This document shows positions 60,994-64,000 of a stretch of 64,000 nt of DNA, one piece after another (positions within the stretch are counted from its first letter, which is position 1; each line of letters opens with the position of its first letter). Below the pieces are notes generated by a model. The model was not told where the DNA came from. It searched no databases and saw only the letters and a program-made list of their open reading frames with translations. Where the stretch lies: positions 8,430 through 72,429 of the forward strand of contig CAVPDN010000011.1 in assembly GCA_963702675.1 (NCBI GenBank), written 5' to 3'. Origin of the DNA: an uncultured Gemmatimonadaceae bacterium (GTDB taxonomy: Bacteria > Gemmatimonadota > Gemmatimonadetes > Gemmatimonadales > Gemmatimonadaceae). The translations under genes were made by a program, and so were the position numbers.

Positions 60994-62424
60994 CTAACGC
61001 AGATCGCGGAGCGCGCGTTCCCGGTCGGCGCTCGGGCGCACCATGAGCGTGCGCTCCTCGCGAATCACAACCGAGCCCGGCCTGGCGCCGCGCGGCTTCC
61101 GGACGTGCTTGCGGCGTGTCCAATCGACCGGCACGAGCGACGAGCCGCGCGATTTGCTGTGCCACGCCGCGAGCATTGCGGCATTGCGGAGGTCGCGCGC
61201 CGGCGGCGCGTCGGCGGCGGTCCAGCGGAGCACCACGTGCGCGCCGGCGGCATTGCGCGCGTGCAGCCACACGTCGTTGGGCGCGGCCGCATTGAACGTC
61301 AGCGCGTCGTTGGATGCGGCGCCGCGGCCCACCCAGATCTCGAGTCCGCCCGACGACCGGTACGTGCGGTACGGCACCCTGGGCGCGGGCGTGGGCGCGG
61401 CACGGGCGGCGCGCCCGCCTAACTGAGTTGGGCGAGGGGCCGGCGGCGAGTCGCGGGGCGCCGCGAGCCGCGCCGGCAACGCGGACAGCGCCCGTTCCTT
61501 GGACCGCGCCTCGTCGTAGAGCCGGGCGGCGAGCTGGGCCGCACTGTCGCCCGGACGCGCGGGCACCGGCCACTCGGCGCCATCCGGCAGCCGAATCGTC
61601 GCCGGCGCCGCCGCCTCGCCCAACGCAACCAGCGCGTCCGCGGCCGCGCGAACCTGCGGCGCGTCGTGCGCGCGATCGAGCTCCCCGCGCATCCGCTCCA
61701 TCGCGCGTTTGTGTCGCGCATCGCCGTCGGGTTCGGCGGCCCCTTCGCCGTGAGTCGCACTCCTGGTGTCGATCAGCGACTCGGCCGGCACCGGATTCGC
61801 GCAAAACGGAAACGGCAGCAGGTGCGCGCCACATTGAACCGGCGTGGCAGGCGCATCCGAACACATCACGCGGTAGCGTTCGACCGCGTCGTCCGAGTTG
61901 GCGATCATCCATTGGGCGATCAATGGGCTCATCCACCGCCCAGCCAGAAGCGCAGAAGCGTCTCCGGCACGAACGGCCGTGGCGAGCGCGTCGTCGCTCA
62001 ACTCGGGACGCGGCTCGACCAGCGGCGGGAGCTCGGCGCCCACCGATGCGAGCTTGGCGCCGCCGGCGTCGCGCAAGAGCGCTCCCCGCGCGCGCGGCAC
62101 CGCGCTCACGACGAGCTCGGCGCGTTTCTCCGCCGACCCCTTGAATCGACCCGGCCGGAACAATTCCATGATGAGCCGACGGTCATCGATGGGTGCGCGA
62201 ACGCCTCGGATGGTCCAGCCTTGGAGCGGGCCGCCCGCACGCCCGAGGGGATCGCCGTCGACCACGCGAACCTCGGCGTGCTCGAGCTCGAACCGGACCG
62301 TGCGTCCGTCGACCATGAGGGATGCGGCGCGCGCATCGCGGTCGAGCCGGCAAGCGTCCAGACGCCGGCCGCGCCAGCGCTCGTCCAGCTCGCGCGAGAG
62401 ATGCCGAGCCGTCAGGCTGTCCAC
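60994..62424 (-). CDS. NFACT-family (FbpA/RqcH-like, DUF814) protein
   Basis: Intact 476 aa. C-terminal GLEIWVGRGAASNDALTF...DVWLHARNAAGAHVVL (NFACT-R/DUF814). The stop TAG lies inside GTTAGGC. Confidence 0.75.
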   Translation of the reverse strand: MDSLTARHLSRELDERWRGRRLDACRLDRDARAASLMVDGRTVRFELEHAEVRVVDGDPLGRAGGPLQGWTIRGVRAPIDDRRLIMELFRPGRFKGSAEKRAELVVSAVPRARGALLRDAGGAKLASVGAELPPLVEPRPELSDDALATAVRAGDASALLAGRWMSPLIAQWMIANSDDAVERYRVMCSDAPATPVQCGAHLLPFPFCANPVPAESLIDTRSATHGEGAAEPDGDARHKRAMERMRGELDRAHDAPQVRAAADALVALGEAAAPATIRLPDGAEWPVPARPGDSAAQLAARLYDEARSKERALSALPARLAAPRDSPPAPRPTQLGGRAARAAPTPAPRVPYRTYRSSGGLEIWVGRGAASNDALTFNAAAPNDVWLHARNAAGAHVVLRWTAADAPPARDLRNAAMLAAWHSKSRGSSLVPVDWTRRKHVRKPRGARPGSVVIREERTLMVRPSADRERALRDLR

Positions 62425-62479
62425 GAGGCGAGGTTTGACACGCGCGGACGATGCCCGTACGTTCCCGCGCTGTCAACAG

Positions 62480-62899
62480 ATGCGTGACATTGCGTACATC
62501 GCGCTCGGCTCCAATCTGGGCGATCGGGCCGAATACCTGGCCTTCGCCCGCGCGCGGCTTGCAGCGCTTCCGGGAAGCCGCCTCCTCGACGCATCTTCCA
62601 TAGAAGAAACCGACCCCCTCGGCAACGTTCCGAACGGGGGCGGTCCGTACCTCAACCAAATGGTCGCGCTCGAAACGACGCTCGCGCCGCACGCGCTGCT
62701 CGATGCTTTGCACGTCATCGAGCACGATGCCAAACGCGAGCGTACGATCCGGTGGGGACCGCGGACACTGGACTTGGATATCGTCATGTTCGACGCGCAG
62801 ACCATTTCGGATCCGGATCTCACCATTCCGCACCCGGGTCTCGGGGCGAGGGATTTCTGGGATCGCGAGCTGGCCGAGCTCAAGGCGAAGGGCCGATGA
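62480..62899 (+). CDS. folK: 2-amino-4-hydroxy-6-hydroxymethyldihydropteridine diphosphokinase
   Basis: AYIALGSNLGD, YLNQMVALET, RWGPRTLDLDI, TIPHPG. Confidence 0.9.
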   Translation: MRDIAYIALGSNLGDRAEYLAFARARLAALPGSRLLDASSIEETDPLGNVPNGGGPYLNQMVALETTLAPHALLDALHVIEHDAKRERTIRWGPRTLDLDIVMFDAQTISDPDLTIPHPGLGARDFWDRELAELKAKGR

Positions 62900-63729
62900 G
62901 CAGCGAGGGCGGCTCACCGCAGTCGAGCGTCAAGCGGGTCGGGATTCGCGACGTGCGGGCGCGAAAGAACAGCGCTGAAAAACTCATCGTGCTCACGGCG
63001 TACGACGCGTTGTTCGCGCGGCTCGTCGACGAGAGCGGCGTCGATATCGTGTTGGTGGGCGATTCGGCGGGTACGGTGTTGTTAGGCTACGACACGACGA
63101 TTCCGGTGACGCTCGACCAGATGATCCACCACGCGGCGGCGGCGAGGCGCGGCGTGAAGCGTGCGTTGGTCACCGTCGACATGCCGTTCCTCACGTATCA
63201 GGTGAGCGGCGAGCAAGCGGTCACCAACTGCGGGCGCGTGATGCAGGAGTCGGGCGCCGACAGCGTGAAATTGGAGGGCGGGAGCGCGGAGGTGCTGCGC
63301 GCGGTGCAGGCCGTGACCGGCGTGGGCATTCCGGTGATGGGACACCTGGGCTACACGCCGCAGTCGGAGCATGCGTTAGGCAGGAGCCGCGTGCAGGCGC
63401 GCGACGAGCGCGACGCGTCGGCGCTGGTGGAGCACGCCAGGCGCCTCGAGGACGCGGGCGTGTTCTCGATCGTGCTCGAACTGATTCCGAAAGCGGTGGC
63501 GCGCGCGGTGACGCAGGCGGTGTCGGTCCCGACGATCGGCATTGGCGCGGGCGCCGAGTGCGACGGACAAGTGCTCGTATTGCACGACATGTTGGGTCTC
63601 AACGACAAGTTTTCTCCCAAATTCCTCAAGCGCTACGCGAATCTCGCCGACGACGTGCGGTCTGCCGTGCGTCGGTTCGGCGATGATGTCCGCGCCGGCC
63701 GCTACCCCGATGACGACCATAGCTTCTAG
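62896..63729 (+). CDS. panB: 3-methyl-2-oxobutanoate hydroxymethyltransferase
   Basis: [49 protein letters not shown] overlap with folK. Confidence 0.93.
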   Translation: MSSEGGSPQSSVKRVGIRDVRARKNSAEKLIVLTAYDALFARLVDESGVDIVLVGDSAGTVLLGYDTTIPVTLDQMIHHAAAARRGVKRALVTVDMPFLTYQVSGEQAVTNCGRVMQESGADSVKLEGGSAEVLRAVQAVTGVGIPVMGHLGYTPQSEHALGRSRVQARDERDASALVEHARRLEDAGVFSIVLELIPKAVARAVTQAVSVPTIGIGAGAECDGQVLVLHDMLGLNDKFSPKFLKRYANLADDVRSAVRRFGDDVRAGRYPDDDHSF

Positions 63730-63730
63730 C

Positions 63731-64000
63731 ATGCGGATCATAGATCGGATTGCTGCATTGCGCAGCGCGCTCGTCGAGGCGCGGCGGCGCGGACAAGGTG
63801 TTGCGCTCATTCCCACGATGGGCTACCTGCACGACGGCCATCTGCAGCTGGTCGATGACGCGCGGCGTCACGCCGCGGTCGTCGTGATGAGCGTGTTCGT
63901 GAATCCCATGCAGTTCGGGCCGCACGAGGACTACACGCGGTATCCGCGCGATCTGGAAGGCGACGCGCTCAAGGCCGAGCGCCGCGGCGTCGACCTGCTG
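63731..64000 (+). CDS. panC: pantoate--beta-alanine ligase (5' part, runs off the window)
   Basis: [31 protein letters not shown]. Confidence 0.9.
   Translation, partial: MRIIDRIAALRSALVEARRRGQGVALIPTMGYLHDGHLQLVDDARRHAAVVVMSVFVNPMQFGPHEDYTRYPRDLEGDALKAERRGVDLL

Overview
High-GC (about two-thirds G+C by eye) bacterial chromosomal segment, very tightly packed. I count about 60 protein genes plus one tmRNA. Many gene junctions are 1-4 nt ATGA/GTGA overlaps. Content is mostly housekeeping: rpsO-pnp, ald, mreBCD-mrdA-rodA, accD-folC, hisS-proS-lysA, guaA, dusB-larB, ssrA and ppdK. A ~14-kb minus-strand array runs truA-tal-htrA-purB-purC-psd-pssA-purS-purQ-purL-purF-ppdK. The window ends with trpD | lexA | trpC-F-B-(HEAT)-(HD-GYP)-trpA and folK-panB-panC. 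A lower-GC accessory islet lies at ~23.9-30.1 kb (DHFR-like, PhzF, two SnoaL-like, SRPBCC, MarR, DUF417, MFS). No CRISPR, rRNA, tRNA, transposase or recognisable defence genes were seen. Signals not explained by the gene map: (1) The heptamer GCCTAAC/GTTAGGC occurs ~95 times by manual count, against a composition-only expectation in single digits. It is written synonymously into coding regions with otherwise rare codons (TTA, CTA, AGG, CCT) and supplies seven stop codons. (2) A REP-like GC-hairpin plus G-tract element sits directly on TAG stop codons at four loci. (3) A 47-nt imperfect inverted repeat (MITE-like) lies at 7849-8044. (4) A two-gene HEAT-repeat/HD-GYP module is translationally coupled inside the trp operon. 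(5) About 17 genes, many of them essential, carry frameshifts or in-frame TAG codons; this is most likely consensus error rather than real decay. Taxon cannot be assigned from the window alone. All counts are manual and need recomputation.
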